Below are positions 19,747-29,578 of a DNA stretch of 47,348 nucleotides, in pieces. The notes under the pieces are model-generated. The model worked only from the letters and a program-made list of their open reading frames with translations, was not told where the DNA came from and did not search any database. The stretch comes from Actinomycetota bacterium. Its GTDB lineage: Bacteria; Actinomycetota; Aquicultoria; Subteraquimicrobiales; UBA9087. A program made the position numbers and the translations under genes. The stretch is from NCBI GenBank assembly GCA_003491635.1, contig DNCG01000010.1, positions 1 to 47,348 of the forward strand. Reading direction: 5' to 3'. Positions within the stretch are counted from its first letter, which is position 1, and the number at the start of each line of letters is the position of its first letter.

Positions 19747-21172
19747 ATTTGTCGAAGCAATTGTCGACAAGAGCAAGGATTTTTCTCGCTGGTACACCGA
19801 TGTCGTTATCAAAGCTCAACTGGCTGATTATTCTCCCATAAAAGGGTGTATGGTCATCCGGCCCTATGGTTATGCCCTTTGGGAGAAAGTACAGTCTCTG
19901 CTCGATGCCAGAATCAAGGCCACCGGTCATCAGAATGCCTACTTTCCCCTGTTTGTTCCCGAAAGTTTGCTTGCCAAGGAAGCCGAGCACGTCAAGGGAT
20001 TTTCTCCCGAGGTCGCTTGGGTGACGGAGGCCGGCAAAGAGAAGCTCGAGGAGAGGTTGGCCATCCGGCCCACCTCTGAGGCAATCATCTGTAGTATGTA
20101 CGCCAAGTGGATCGATTCCTGGCGCGATCTACCCGTCCTGATTAACCAGTGGGCTAACGTTGTTCGTTGGGAGAAGGTAACCAGGCTCTTCCTGCGAACG
20201 ACGGAGTTTCTGTGGCAGGAGGGACACACCGCTCACCGCACCGAGGAAGAAGCGGAAGAAGAGGCCCTCAAGATGCTCGGTGTCTATAAAGATTTTATCG
20301 AGAATGACCTGGCCATTCCCGTCTTGACGGGGGAGAAAACGGAGCGAGAAAAGTTCGCGGGAGCATTGAGAACCTACTCCTTGGAGGCCCTTATGACCGA
20401 TGGTAAAGCCCTTCAGGTGGGTACCTCTCACAACTTGGGCCAACGTTTTGCCAAGGTTTTCAATATCACCTTCCAAGATATGGATGGGAGGCGCAAATAC
20501 GTCTGGCAAACTAGCTGGGGGGTGTCTACAAGGCTGATCGGAGCCATTATAATGACCCACGGCGATGATAGTGGTCTTATTCTTCCACCCAAGATCGCAC
20601 CCATCCGGGTCATTATCATTCCCATCTGGGGAAGGGAAGAGGAAAAAAAGATCGTTGCTCCCCGGGTTGAGGAGGTCGAAAGGCTGCTGAAGGTCGCCTA
20701 TGGAGTTGAAGTGGACTGGCGCAGCGAGTACACTCCGGGTTGGAAATTCAACGAGTGGGAGCTGAAAGGGGTTTCTCTTCGTCTGGAGATCGGCCCGAAG
20801 GATGTTGCGAAGAAACAGGTCGTATTGGTCCGACGGGACACGAGAGAGAAAGAGTTCGTTCCCGAAGAAAAGGTGGCCCAGCGAGTGGGCGTGCTTCTTG
20901 ATGAGATCCAGGCCGATCTCTTTAAGCGAGCAAAGAAGTTTCGCGACGACAATACTCGGTCAGCTTCAAGCATAGATGAGATGGAGGCCATCCTCAGTGA
21001 GCATCGGGGATTTATTCTCGCTCCCTGGTGTGACTCTCCCGATTGCGAAGAGAAAGTTAAGGAGAAGACCATGGCCACCATTCGGTGCATTCCTCTAGGA
21101 GAGCGGCAGGCCGGAAAGTGCGTTGCGTGTGGGAAAAGAGGATGGGTGGTCTATTTCTCCAGAGCCTATTAG
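19727..21172 (+). CDS. proS: Proline--tRNA ligase, archaeal/eukaryote-like type lacking the INS editing domain
   Basis: 481 aa class II aaRS. N-terminus [35 protein letters not shown], Cys-rich C-terminal domain ending ...FSRAY. GTG start overlaps ispG by 20 nt. Confidence 0.9.
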   Translation: MEKKEAEFVEAIVDKSKDFSRWYTDVVIKAQLADYSPIKGCMVIRPYGYALWEKVQSLLDARIKATGHQNAYFPLFVPESLLAKEAEHVKGFSPEVAWVTEAGKEKLEERLAIRPTSEAIICSMYAKWIDSWRDLPVLINQWANVVRWEKVTRLFLRTTEFLWQEGHTAHRTEEEAEEEALKMLGVYKDFIENDLAIPVLTGEKTEREKFAGALRTYSLEALMTDGKALQVGTSHNLGQRFAKVFNITFQDMDGRRKYVWQTSWGVSTRLIGAIIMTHGDDSGLILPPKIAPIRVIIIPIWGREEEKKIVAPRVEEVERLLKVAYGVEVDWRSEYTPGWKFNEWELKGVSLRLEIGPKDVAKKQVVLVRRDTREKEFVPEEKVAQRVGVLLDEIQADLFKRAKKFRDDNTRSASSIDEMEAILSEHRGFILAPWCDSPDCEEKVKEKTMATIRCIPLGERQAGKCVACGKRGWVVYFSRAY

Positions 21173-21197
21173 CTCACGTTTTCCTTGTGGAGTGTGA

Positions 21198-21857
21198 ATG
21201 AAAAAAGATAATGATCACAAAACAGCCATTATCATACCCGCCTATAACGAAGAAAAGAGAGTCGGCGCCGTTCTAGATGTGGTGACCAAAACTCCCCTTG
21301 CTGATGAGATCATTGTGGTTGACGATGGTTCCACCGATGGGACGGCTGAAATAATTAAAAGATACTTGGGGGTCAAGCTAGTTAGTCGTGAATCGAATGG
21401 GGGCAAGGGAGCAGCTCTGAAGAGTGGAATAGAAGCCACAGATGCCGATATTCTGGTCTTCCTGGATGCGGATTTAGTTGGTCTGACCCCTCAACATATT
21501 CAGAATTTGATTGATCCTCTCCTCTCGGACGAGGAGCTGATGATGACCGTGGGTAAATTCTCAGGGGGAAGGTTTCGCACGGACATCTCACAAAGCCTCG
21601 TCCCCTTTATATCGGGACAAAGGGCCCTTAAAAGGGCTTTCTTGGAGGATATGCCGGATATTTCCACGACGGGTTTCGCTGTCGAGCTAATTTTTACCAA
21701 GCACGCCAAGGATAGTGGGGCCAAAGTAAAGGAGGTTGCCCTCGATGATGCCACCCACATCATGAAGGAGGAGAAACTGGGCTTTTTTCGGGGTTTGATG
21801 GCGCGGTTAGGAATGTACGCCGATATGATCGAACATCTCTTCCCACGGAGGAAGTAA
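21198..21857 (+). CDS. Glycosyltransferase family 2 protein (short, 219 aa)
   Basis: IIIPAYNEE, VVDDGSTDGT and FLDADL (DxD) GT-A fold motifs. Specific substrate is not inferable. Confidence 0.8.
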   Translation: MKKDNDHKTAIIIPAYNEEKRVGAVLDVVTKTPLADEIIVVDDGSTDGTAEIIKRYLGVKLVSRESNGGKGAALKSGIEATDADILVFLDADLVGLTPQHIQNLIDPLLSDEELMMTVGKFSGGRFRTDISQSLVPFISGQRALKRAFLEDMPDISTTGFAVELIFTKHAKDSGAKVKEVALDDATHIMKEEKLGFFRGLMARLGMYADMIEHLFPRRK

Positions 21858-21868
21858 CGAGGTCTTTC

Positions 21869-21897
21869 TTGCGCCATTTACTCGAATATGCTATTCT
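21869..21897 (+). promoter_or_regulatory. Putative extended -10 promoter upstream of rimP-nusA-infB
   Basis: TTGCGC (21869-21874), 17-nt spacer, TGCTATTCT (21889-21897). Confidence 0.35.
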
Positions 21898-21913
21898 TAA
21901 ATCGCAATTATTG

Positions 21914-21941
21914 GAGTGGGTAGCAACCCACTCTTTTCATT
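21914..21941 (+). terminator. Intrinsic terminator/attenuator hairpin 12 nt upstream of rimP
   Basis: Perfect 8-bp stem GAGTGGGT/ACCCACTC with an AGCA loop, followed by TTTTCATT. Confidence 0.6.
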
Positions 21942-21952
21942 AGGTTGGGGAA

Positions 21953-22420
21953 ATGGATAAGGCAAAGACGGTTTTGCAAGTTGAACAACTAATCTCTCCC
22001 ATTTTGGAAGAGCAAGAGTTCGAGTTGGTCGGTGTAGAACTTAAGAGGGAGCTGGTGGGCTTGGTCTTGCGCATTTTCATCGACAGAGAAGATGGGGTGG
22101 ATCTGGATGCCTGCAGTCGTGCGAGCGAGGTGATTGGTCAAGCTCTGGGTAGGGCAAATCTGATCGCAACCCCGTATAATCTGGAAGTCTCTTCGCCGGG
22201 AATCGAGCGCCCATTAAAGAAGCCAAAGGATTTTCAGCGATTCATCGGCTCCAATATCTTTGTGCGGACCATCAAGCCTCTAAATAACAGGAGGCAGTTC
22301 AAGGGAGTATTAAAATCAGCGGGGGACGAATCCTTTGCCATCCAGTGTGATGGCGAGTTGGTGGAGATACCCTACGGTCTTGTTTCCAAAGCACACTTAG
22401 TTGTAAGTCTGGTATTTTGA
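21953..22420 (+). CDS. rimP: Ribosome maturation factor RimP
   Basis: 155 aa with ...LEVSSPGIERPLK... RimP signature. Conserved position immediately upstream of nusA. Confidence 0.88.
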   Translation: MDKAKTVLQVEQLISPILEEQEFELVGVELKRELVGLVLRIFIDREDGVDLDACSRASEVIGQALGRANLIATPYNLEVSSPGIERPLKKPKDFQRFIGSNIFVRTIKPLNNRRQFKGVLKSAGDESFAIQCDGELVEIPYGLVSKAHLVVSLVF

Positions 22421-22433
22421 GAGGAGCTTGGCA

Positions 22434-23540
22434 ATGAATTCGGAGCTCATCGAGGCTTTGAGACAAATTGAAAGGGAAAAGAGGATCGATCCGGATATTA
22501 TTCTAGAGGCTTTGAAAAGTGCTCTAGTCTCTGCTTACAGGCGAGATTATGGAGCGGGGCCAAATGTCAGGGTGGAAATCGATAAAGAGACCGGAGAGAT
22601 AAAAGTCTTTTCTGAAAAAGTGGTCGAGCGTGATGGCAAAGAGGAAGTAGTCGAGGTCGAAGTAACCCCGGACAACTTTGGCCGTATCGCCGCACAGACT
22701 GCCAAGCAGGTCATCCTCCAGAGAATCCGCGAAGCGGAACGCGAGTTGATGTATGAAGAGTATGTCGGTCGTGAGGGTGATATTGTGACCGGCATCATCG
22801 AGCAAAGCGACCAGCGATATACCCTGGTCAATTTGGGCAGGGTCGAAGCCCTGCTTCCTCCAACTGAGCAGATTCCCACGGAGAGGTACGACCATGGGAC
22901 TCGTCTCAAGACCTATATCGTGGAAGTTCGTCGTACCACTAAAGAGCCACAGATCATCGTCTCCAGGACTCACCCGGGTCTCCTTAAGAGGCTTTTTGAG
23001 TTGGAGGTCCCCGAAATCTTTGATGGGTTTGTGGAAATAAAAACTGTGGCTCGAGAGCCAGGTCATCGATCAAAAGTCGCCGTGGCCTCGCGGGATCCAA
23101 ACATCGATCCGGTGGGTGCTTGCGTGGGTCCCCGTGGCTCTAGAGTGCGCATGATCGTAAACGAGTTGCGTGGTGAGAAGATCGATATCATGGAGTGGAA
23201 TGAAGACCCATCCACCTTCGTTGCCAATGCTTTGAGTCCCGCCAAGGTCAAGGGGGTCAAAATTGACGAGGAGGAACACACGGCCGAGGTGATCGTCCCC
23301 GATGACCAGCTCTCTTTGGCCATTGGAAAGGAGGGGCAGAACGCTCGGTTGGCAGCGAAGCTCACTGGCTGGCGAATTGATATCGAGAGCGAGTCTCAAA
23401 CCAAGGAGAAGGCCAAAGTTTTGTTGGAGAAGGCTCTGGCGAAGGGAAAATGCCAGGCGATAACCTCTTCAGGAAAACAGTGCAAAAATAGAGCTAAGCC
23501 CGGTAGCGCTTACTGTGGAGTTCACAAGAGGTTGGAGTGA
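22434..23540 (+). CDS. nusA: Transcription termination/antitermination factor NusA (no AR repeats; short CCCH C-terminal tail)
   Basis: MNSELIEALRQIEREKRI N-terminal domain, an S1 domain, and two KH domains (VGACVGPRGSRV, LAIGKEGQNARLA). The ATG at 22434 lies 7 nt after GAGGAG. The ORF track begins at TTG 22428. Confidence 0.93.
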   Translation: MNSELIEALRQIEREKRIDPDIILEALKSALVSAYRRDYGAGPNVRVEIDKETGEIKVFSEKVVERDGKEEVVEVEVTPDNFGRIAAQTAKQVILQRIREAERELMYEEYVGREGDIVTGIIEQSDQRYTLVNLGRVEALLPPTEQIPTERYDHGTRLKTYIVEVRRTTKEPQIIVSRTHPGLLKRLFELEVPEIFDGFVEIKTVAREPGHRSKVAVASRDPNIDPVGACVGPRGSRVRMIVNELRGEKIDIMEWNEDPSTFVANALSPAKVKGVKIDEEEHTAEVIVPDDQLSLAIGKEGQNARLAAKLTGWRIDIESESQTKEKAKVLLEKALAKGKCQAITSSGKQCKNRAKPGSAYCGVHKRLE

Positions 23541-23556
23541 GAAGGGGATAATGTAG

Positions 23557-23847
23557 GTGGCTAAGAAGAAAGTACCCCTCAGGACCTGCATCGGTTGCGG
23601 AGAGGTGAAACCAAAGAGGGAGTTGCTCAGAATCGTTCGCACCCCCACTCGAGAGATAGATTTCGATCCCACGGGCAGAGCGAGCGGGAGAGGTGCTTAT
23701 ATGTGTCCCAAAAAGGACTGTCTTGACCTGGCGGTCAGGAAAAAGAGATTTTCGGCCGCTCTTGAAGTTCCCGAAAGTGAGAAAAAGATTGAGAAGTTGG
23801 CGGTCGCCCTCTCTGAGCACTTCTCATCCAAGACGGGTACTAGGTGA
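23557..23847 (+). CDS. ylxR: YlxR/RnpM family (DUF448) RNA-binding protein
   Basis: PLRTCIGCGEVKPKRELLRIV...GRGAYMC signature. Conserved nusA-ylxR-infB position. Confidence 0.88.
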   Translation: MAKKKVPLRTCIGCGEVKPKRELLRIVRTPTREIDFDPTGRASGRGAYMCPKKDCLDLAVRKKRFSAALEVPESEKKIEKLAVALSEHFSSKTGTR

Positions 23848-23853
23848 TGCTTT

Positions 23854-25827
23854 GTGAACAAAGTAAGAGTCCATGAACTGGCCAAAGAAGTGGGCCTGTC
23901 CAGTGCCGAGCTCATTAAGAAGCTCGATGCGATGGGGATACGGGTGAAGAACCACTTCGCCACCCTGGAAGAGAGCACGGTAGAACGGTTTCGTGCGAGC
24001 AAGGATGAGTCCGCCGCGGAGGGGAAATCCGCTGAGATTTCCGAAAAACCCAAGGCAAAAGAACCCCCGGAATTGAAGAAGAAAACCTTCAAAGAACTGA
24101 GAGTGCCTGAGGGGACAACCGTTAAGGAATTCGCAATGATGGTGGGCAAAAGCCCAACCGATCTCATAAAGATACTCATGCGCCTGGGGGAGATGGTTAC
24201 CATAAACCAGCCCTTGAGCCATGAGGCCATCAATGTTCTGGCCGATGAGTTTGGCTATGAGGCCCATATTATCTTCCCCGAGGAGATGGGGGAGGAATAT
24301 GTGGAAGCCCCAACCGACATAAGACCCCGTTCCCCCGTTGTTACCGTCATGGGCCATGTTGACCACGGCAAAACATCCCTGCTCGATGTCATTCGGAAAA
24401 CCGATGTGATTTCGCAGGAATTTGGTGGAATTACCCAGCATATCGGCGCTTATCAGGTTGTTCGTGATGGGAGAAAGATTACCTTTATTGATACACCGGG
24501 TCACGAGGCCTTCACCGCCATGAGGGCCCGAGGGGCTAAGGTCACTGACATCGCCGTTCTGGTTATAGCCGCCGACGATGGGGTGATGCCCCAAACCATA
24601 GAGGCCATCGATCATGCCAGGGCGGCAAACGTTCCCATACTAGTAGCAATAAATAAGATAGACAAGCCAGAGGCAAATCCCGAAAAGGTGAAAAAGCAGC
24701 TCACCGAGCATAATCTTGCTCCGGAGGAGTGGGGTGGGCACACCGTTTTCGTTGAGGTTTCTGCCAAGCAAAAGATAAACATCGAGGAGCTTCTAGAGAT
24801 GATCCTTTTGGTGGCGGACATGCGGGAACTGGAGGCCAACTACGGGGGCCCAGCGAGCGGCGTGGCCATCGAAGCCAAGTTGGATAAGGGGCGGGGGCCC
24901 GTTGCTACCGTGCTCGTTCACCGGGGAACCTTAAGGGTGGGCAATGCCATCGTGGCTGGACTAGCTCACGGTAAAGTTAGAGCAATGATGGACGACAAGG
25001 GAAATCAGATCACCGAAGCCACTCCGGCTATGCCCGTAGAGGTATTGGGGCTTTCTTCCGTCCCTCAAGCTGGAGACGAGGTGAAGGTGGTTGCGGACGA
25101 AAAAGCTGCTCGAGAGATAGCCGAGGAGAGAGCATTGAAGCGGCGGGTAATTGAAATGAGAAAAAGAAAGGCTGTGACCCTTGATAATCTCTTTGAAAGG
25201 ATAAAAGAGGGAGAAGTCCGAGAATTAAATTTGGTGATTAAGGGAGATGCCCAAGGCTCGATCGAAGCTCTCAAGGAAGCCCTGGAAAAGATCGGGCAGG
25301 ACGAGGTAAGACTGAATGTGATCCATAAGGGGGTTGGTGCTATCTCCGAGACTGATGTCATGCTCGCTGCGGCCTCCAATGCTATCATCATTGGATTCAA
25401 TGTGCGGCCAGGTCCCAAGGCCAAGGAGCTGGCTACAAGAGAGCAGATAGATTTAAGAACTTATCGAGTAATCTACCAGGTTATTGAGGATATCGAGACC
25501 GCCAAAGCTGGTTTGCTGAAACCCAAGTTTGAAGAAGTGGAGTTAGGACGGGCAGATGTCCGGGCTACCTTCAAGGTTTCTAAGGTGGGAACGGTGGCCG
25601 GGGCTTTTATCCTCGATGGCGAAATTGAGCGAGGCTCTAAAGCTCGAATGATCAGGGATGGGGTAGTCATCTACGAAGGATCCATCGCCTCCCTCCGTCG
25701 GTTCAAAGAGGATGTCCCCACGGTAAAAGCCGGTTTTGAATGCGGTATCGGCTTGGAGAACTTCCAGGATATCAAGGTGGGAGATATGATCGAGACCTTT
25801 ACCCTGGTGGAGAAATCGCGCGAATAA
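23854..25827 (+). CDS. infB: Translation initiation factor IF-2
   Basis: G domain [24 protein letters not shown] and SAK, plus conserved C-terminal domains. GTG start. Confidence 0.95.
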   Translation: MNKVRVHELAKEVGLSSAELIKKLDAMGIRVKNHFATLEESTVERFRASKDESAAEGKSAEISEKPKAKEPPELKKKTFKELRVPEGTTVKEFAMMVGKSPTDLIKILMRLGEMVTINQPLSHEAINVLADEFGYEAHIIFPEEMGEEYVEAPTDIRPRSPVVTVMGHVDHGKTSLLDVIRKTDVISQEFGGITQHIGAYQVVRDGRKITFIDTPGHEAFTAMRARGAKVTDIAVLVIAADDGVMPQTIEAIDHARAANVPILVAINKIDKPEANPEKVKKQLTEHNLAPEEWGGHTVFVEVSAKQKINIEELLEMILLVADMRELEANYGGPASGVAIEAKLDKGRGPVATVLVHRGTLRVGNAIVAGLAHGKVRAMMDDKGNQITEATPAMPVEVLGLSSVPQAGDEVKVVADEKAAREIAEERALKRRVIEMRKRKAVTLDNLFERIKEGEVRELNLVIKGDAQGSIEALKEALEKIGQDEVRLNVIHKGVGAISETDVMLAAASNAIIIGFNVRPGPKAKELATREQIDLRTYRVIYQVIEDIETAKAGLLKPKFEEVELGRADVRATFKVSKVGTVAGAFILDGEIERGSKARMIRDGVVIYEGSIASLRRFKEDVPTVKAGFECGIGLENFQDIKVGDMIETFTLVEKSRE

Positions 25828-25853
25828 GACTGCCGCTCAGTGGGTGAAGAGAA

Positions 25854-26147
25854 ATGGTGATAGGAGTATCCAGACTAGAACTGCTCCTGCCAGAGTGCGG
25901 TTCGCTCAAGGAGAAGAGACAGGTTGTTAAAAGTATTCTCGATCGAGTTAAGAATAAATTTGGTGTCTCAGCGGCGGAGATAGACCATCATGACCTCTGG
26001 CAGAGGGCCTCGTTGGGCATCGCTTGCATCGCCCAAACTAACTATCAGGCGAAAAAGCTTCTCTTTAAGGTGGAACGCTTTGTGGAGCAGCTCAACAAAG
26101 CGAACATCCTCGATAATCATATAACCACTCTTATGCTCGAAGAATGA
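25854..26147 (+). CDS. DUF503 (YlxP-like) protein
   Basis: 97 aa beginning LELLLPECGSLKEKRQVVKSI. Conserved slot between infB and rbfA. Confidence 0.8.
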   Translation: MVIGVSRLELLLPECGSLKEKRQVVKSILDRVKNKFGVSAAEIDHHDLWQRASLGIACIAQTNYQAKKLLFKVERFVEQLNKANILDNHITTLMLEE

Positions 26148-26186
26148 GGTTGAATTTCTGTTGTATTCTAATAAAAGAGGGAAGAG

Positions 26187-26570
26187 ATGGAACGCTCCCG
26201 CCCTTCTCGTTTAGGAGAGGTTTTTAAGAAAGAGATAAGTGACATCATCAAAAAAGATCTCAAGGATCCCCGAATAGGGTTTGTCACTATAACCGCGGTG
26301 GAGATCTCGCCGGACATCAAATGCGCCACGGTCTTCCTCAGCGTTTTGGGTGATCAAAAGGAGCGTGAGAGATCCTTGAGGGGTCTAAAGAATGCAAGGG
26401 GCCATATCAGAAGCGAATTAGGCAAAAGAGTTAGACTTAAGTTTCTTCCCGAACTCGTCTTTGAGATCGATAAGTCCATAGAAGAGGGGATGCGCATTTC
26501 GGAGTTGATAAAGCACCTTCATTCCACCACGTCCGTCGATGCTTTGGAGGAGGATAATGAGGGGAGTTGA
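26187..26570 (+). CDS. rbfA: Ribosome-binding factor A
   Basis: RLGEVFKKEISDIIKKDLKDPRIGFVTITAVEISPDIKCATVF is a typical RbfA KH-like fold sequence. Confidence 0.9.
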   Translation: MERSRPSRLGEVFKKEISDIIKKDLKDPRIGFVTITAVEISPDIKCATVFLSVLGDQKERERSLRGLKNARGHIRSELGKRVRLKFLPELVFEIDKSIEEGMRISELIKHLHSTTSVDALEEDNEGS

Positions 26571-27573
26571 CCTGCCTGTCGGCAGACACGGTGATCTCTC
26601 ATCGCTGGTTGATCTGATCCGCAGGGAGGAAGAGTTTATACTCGCCACGCACGTAAATCCCGATGGAGATGCTATCGGCTCGCTTCTAGGATTGGGGCTC
26701 CTGTTCAGAAAGATGGGCAAGCGGGTTTTCGTGGGTCATCCCGCCAATGGCGAACTACCTCCTCAGTACTCCTTTCTTCCGGGCAAAGAATTCCTGAGGG
26801 GCCCTTCGGAGTGTCCCTCCCAACCCACCTGTTTTATCGCTATCGATTGCGCTAACTTAGAGAGGTTGGGAAAGATGCGAGCTCCTGCTCAAAAAGCCCG
26901 CCTACTGATAAATCTCGACCACCATCGCGACAATACCAGATTTGGTCATCTTAATGTAGTGGATGAAAGCTATTCGGCTACGGCCGAGATCATTTTCACA
27001 ATTAGCCAACGGCTTGGTCAAAAACTCGATCGAGATATTGCTACCTGTCTTTACACAGGAATAGTCACGGATACGGGACGCTTCCAATATTCAAACACGA
27101 ACCAGAGGACGTTCCGGGTAGCACAGGAGATGTTGGCGTATGGTGTTTCCCCCGCTTACATCTTCCAGAACGTCTACGAAAATTTATCCTTTCCCTGTCT
27201 AAAGCTTTTGGGAAGGGTCCTTGATAGAGCCAAATTCCTGCCGGAGAAAGGAATCGCCTATTCCTTTGTTTCTCAGAGGGATCTCCCCGCCGTTGGTGGA
27301 GCGGAAATGGAGGAAACTGAAAACTTTGTTGATCTCTTGAGAGCGGTAAAGGAAGCTGAAGTAGCCGCAATCTTAAAAGAGATGACCAATGGAACGATCA
27401 AAGTTAGTCTCCGTTCCAAGGGGAAAATTGATGTGAGCAAGTTGGCAGAGAAGTTCAGGGGCGGGGGGCATCCCAGCGCTGCTGGTTTTTCCTCGCCCTA
27501 CGATTTGGAGAAAACCATCGATGTTCTACTAAAGCTCCTCGAAAGCGATGAACGGCATTCTAATTGTAAATAA
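26557..27573 (+). CDS. nrnA: DHH/DHHA1 phosphoesterase, NrnA-like oligoribonuclease/pAp phosphatase
   Basis: HVNPDGDAIGS, DHHRDN and GGGHPSAAG motifs. The start is ATG 26557 or ATG 26539, and both overlap the rbfA end. Confidence 0.88.
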   Translation: MRGVDLPVGRHGDLSSLVDLIRREEEFILATHVNPDGDAIGSLLGLGLLFRKMGKRVFVGHPANGELPPQYSFLPGKEFLRGPSECPSQPTCFIAIDCANLERLGKMRAPAQKARLLINLDHHRDNTRFGHLNVVDESYSATAEIIFTISQRLGQKLDRDIATCLYTGIVTDTGRFQYSNTNQRTFRVAQEMLAYGVSPAYIFQNVYENLSFPCLKLLGRVLDRAKFLPEKGIAYSFVSQRDLPAVGGAEMEETENFVDLLRAVKEAEVAAILKEMTNGTIKVSLRSKGKIDVSKLAEKFRGGGHPSAAGFSSPYDLEKTIDVLLKLLESDERHSNCK

Positions 27574-28483
27574 GCCAAAGGGGATGACCTCTCACGATGT
27601 TATTCAAAGGATTCGGAGACTGACGGGTAGCCGAAGGGTCGGGCACGCTGGAACGCTTGATCCACTCGCCACGGGTGTGCTGGTTATTTGCCTCGGGAAA
27701 GCAACCCGCTTAGCTCAGTTTCTCCAATCCGATTCCAAAGAGTACGTTGCCGAGATGACTTTGGGAATCGAGACGGATACTCAAGATGGTACAGGGAGGG
27801 TCCTCTCACGGAAGCCCTGCTCGGTGGAGGAGAGGGAAATCATCAATGCTTTAAAGGATTTCAAGGGACCAACTTGGCAGATTCCACCCATGACCTCGGC
27901 AATTAAACATAAGGGAAAACCCCTTTACAAACTCGCCCGCAAAGGCATCGAAGTTGAACGGCGACCACGGTTGGTGGATATCTATAAGTTGGAGTTGCTG
28001 GAAGTGAAAGCTGACGACTATCCGAGAGCAAGCATTCGAGTTGGTTGCTCCAAGGGGACTTATATTCGCACCCTGTGTGCTGATGTAGGGAAAGCCCTGG
28101 GCTGTGGTGCCCACATGAGCAATCTCACTCGAACGAGAGCGGGCAAGTTTGAGATAAGGGAAGCTTTTGGCCTGGAAGAATTAAGCAAAATTACTGAGGA
28201 AAGAAGTCTAAATAAGATATTGATTCCGATGAATAAGGCTTTGTCGTACCCAGTGATTGTCATTAAGGAGTCCTTCGTCCAAAAAATCCTCAATGGGGCT
28301 CCCTTGCGAGAGGAAATGATAGAACCAAAGTATACTCTCGACGAAGGTGAGATCGTACAGTTGTGGGATACCAACGGTGAACTTCTGGCTGTCGATAAAA
28401 CCACGAGACCCATCGAGAGGGGTTTAGGACAAAAACCAGGGGAGATAATTGCAAGACCGCTTTGCGTCGGAGGGAGTGGTTAG
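27548..28483 (+). CDS. truB: tRNA pseudouridine(55) synthase TruB
   Basis: MNGILIVNKPKGMTSHDVI, GHAGTLDPLATGVL (catalytic Asp) and a PUA-like C-terminus. Confidence 0.93.
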   Translation: MNGILIVNKPKGMTSHDVIQRIRRLTGSRRVGHAGTLDPLATGVLVICLGKATRLAQFLQSDSKEYVAEMTLGIETDTQDGTGRVLSRKPCSVEEREIINALKDFKGPTWQIPPMTSAIKHKGKPLYKLARKGIEVERRPRLVDIYKLELLEVKADDYPRASIRVGCSKGTYIRTLCADVGKALGCGAHMSNLTRTRAGKFEIREAFGLEELSKITEERSLNKILIPMNKALSYPVIVIKESFVQKILNGAPLREEMIEPKYTLDEGEIVQLWDTNGELLAVDKTTRPIERGLGQKPGEIIARPLCVGGSG

Positions 28484-28486
28484 CTC

Positions 28487-29425
28487 ATGAAGATTGTGTA
28501 TGGTGTGGAGAATCTTAAACCAACGGTATCAGAGAGCGTGGCCAGCGTTGGTGTTTTCGATGGCGTCCACAGAGGCCATCAGGAAATCATAAAGACCGTG
28601 GTCAAAGAGGCAAAAGAGAGGGGAGTCCCGAGCATTATTGTCACCTTTGAACCCCATCCCCTGGAAGTGACCAGCCCCGGCAGCTATCCGCCCATTCTGA
28701 CCAGCTTGGATTTAAAAGCCGAACTTATCGGAGACCTGAGTGTGGATTTCCTCCTGGTCATTCCATTCACTAAGGAGTTTGCCGATCTAGCTCCCATGAA
28801 TTTCATCGAAAATATCCTGGTGAAAGCCCTCCACGTGACCTGTGTGGTCGTTGGTGAGGATTTTAAATTCGGCAGGCGAGCGGGGGGAAGCGTCGCTCTC
28901 CTAGAGGATTATGGCAGGAGGTGTGGTTTTGATGTCATCTGCCTGCCTCTTCTTTACCTTGAAGGAATGCCCGTTAGCAGCACCCGCATCCGAAATCTTC
29001 TCCAGCGAGGGGATATGGAAGCCGCCAGGGAGATTTTGGGTAGATACCCCAGGATCAGCGGTTGGGTGGTTAAGGGGACCGGTCTGGCTCGTTCCAAACT
29101 CGGTTTTTCCACCACAAACATCGAGACCCATGACAAAGCCTCGGTTCCAGGAGAAGGAGTATATGCTGGTCTCATTCACTTAAATGGTGGTCGCAAGATC
29201 TGTGCGATTCACATTGGAACCAGTCCCACCCTGGGAATCAAGAAGCCCAGAATAGAAGCGCACATACTGGATTTTGATGGAGAGCTCTACGAGAAACGGG
29301 TGGAGCTGGAGATATACCATAAGATTCGAGATGTCAAAACCTTTAGAGATGAAAAGTCCCTGGCTGATCGGATAAAAAAGGATATTCAAACCACCAGGCG
29401 GATCATGAAAAGGCTTAGAAAGTAG
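28487..29425 (+). CDS. ribF: Bifunctional riboflavin kinase / FMN adenylyltransferase
   Basis: GVFDGVHRGHQ, TFEPHP and the kinase part GTGLARSKLGFSTTNI...E.H..DF. Confidence 0.92.
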   Translation: MKIVYGVENLKPTVSESVASVGVFDGVHRGHQEIIKTVVKEAKERGVPSIIVTFEPHPLEVTSPGSYPPILTSLDLKAELIGDLSVDFLLVIPFTKEFADLAPMNFIENILVKALHVTCVVVGEDFKFGRRAGGSVALLEDYGRRCGFDVICLPLLYLEGMPVSSTRIRNLLQRGDMEAAREILGRYPRISGWVVKGTGLARSKLGFSTTNIETHDKASVPGEGVYAGLIHLNGGRKICAIHIGTSPTLGIKKPRIEAHILDFDGELYEKRVELEIYHKIRDVKTFRDEKSLADRIKKDIQTTRRIMKRLRK

Positions 29426-29442
29426 CCGGCACAAGCCATTCA

Positions 29443-29471
29443 TTTACTCCCCCCTTAAAGTATGCTAGAAT
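29443..29471 (+). promoter_or_regulatory. Extended -10 promoter for rpsO
   Basis: TTTACT (29443-29448), 17-nt spacer, TGCTAGAAT (29463-29471). Confidence 0.5.
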
Positions 29472-29484
29472 TTCTCTCAGAAAA

Positions 29485-29507
29485 TAGAGGGGGAAATATC
29501 CCCTCTA
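29485..29507 (+). promoter_or_regulatory. Hairpin in the rpsO 5' leader
   Basis: TAGAGGGG-GAAATAT-CCCCTCTA, an 8-bp stem lying between the putative promoter and the SD of rpsO. Confidence 0.3.
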
Positions 29508-29578
29508 CCATTTACTGGGATGACGACTCACCAACGCTTTCTCGGTAAATGGGTTCAAATAAAGGAGGTGAATGGAGT

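Noticed and set aside
23824-24615. 263-aa ORF on the minus strand, the longest antisense ORF in the track
   Set aside because: It lies entirely antisense to the highly conserved G domain of infB. It has no SD and a low-complexity, Gly/His-rich composition with no motifs. It is a typical shadow ORF of a well-supported gene.
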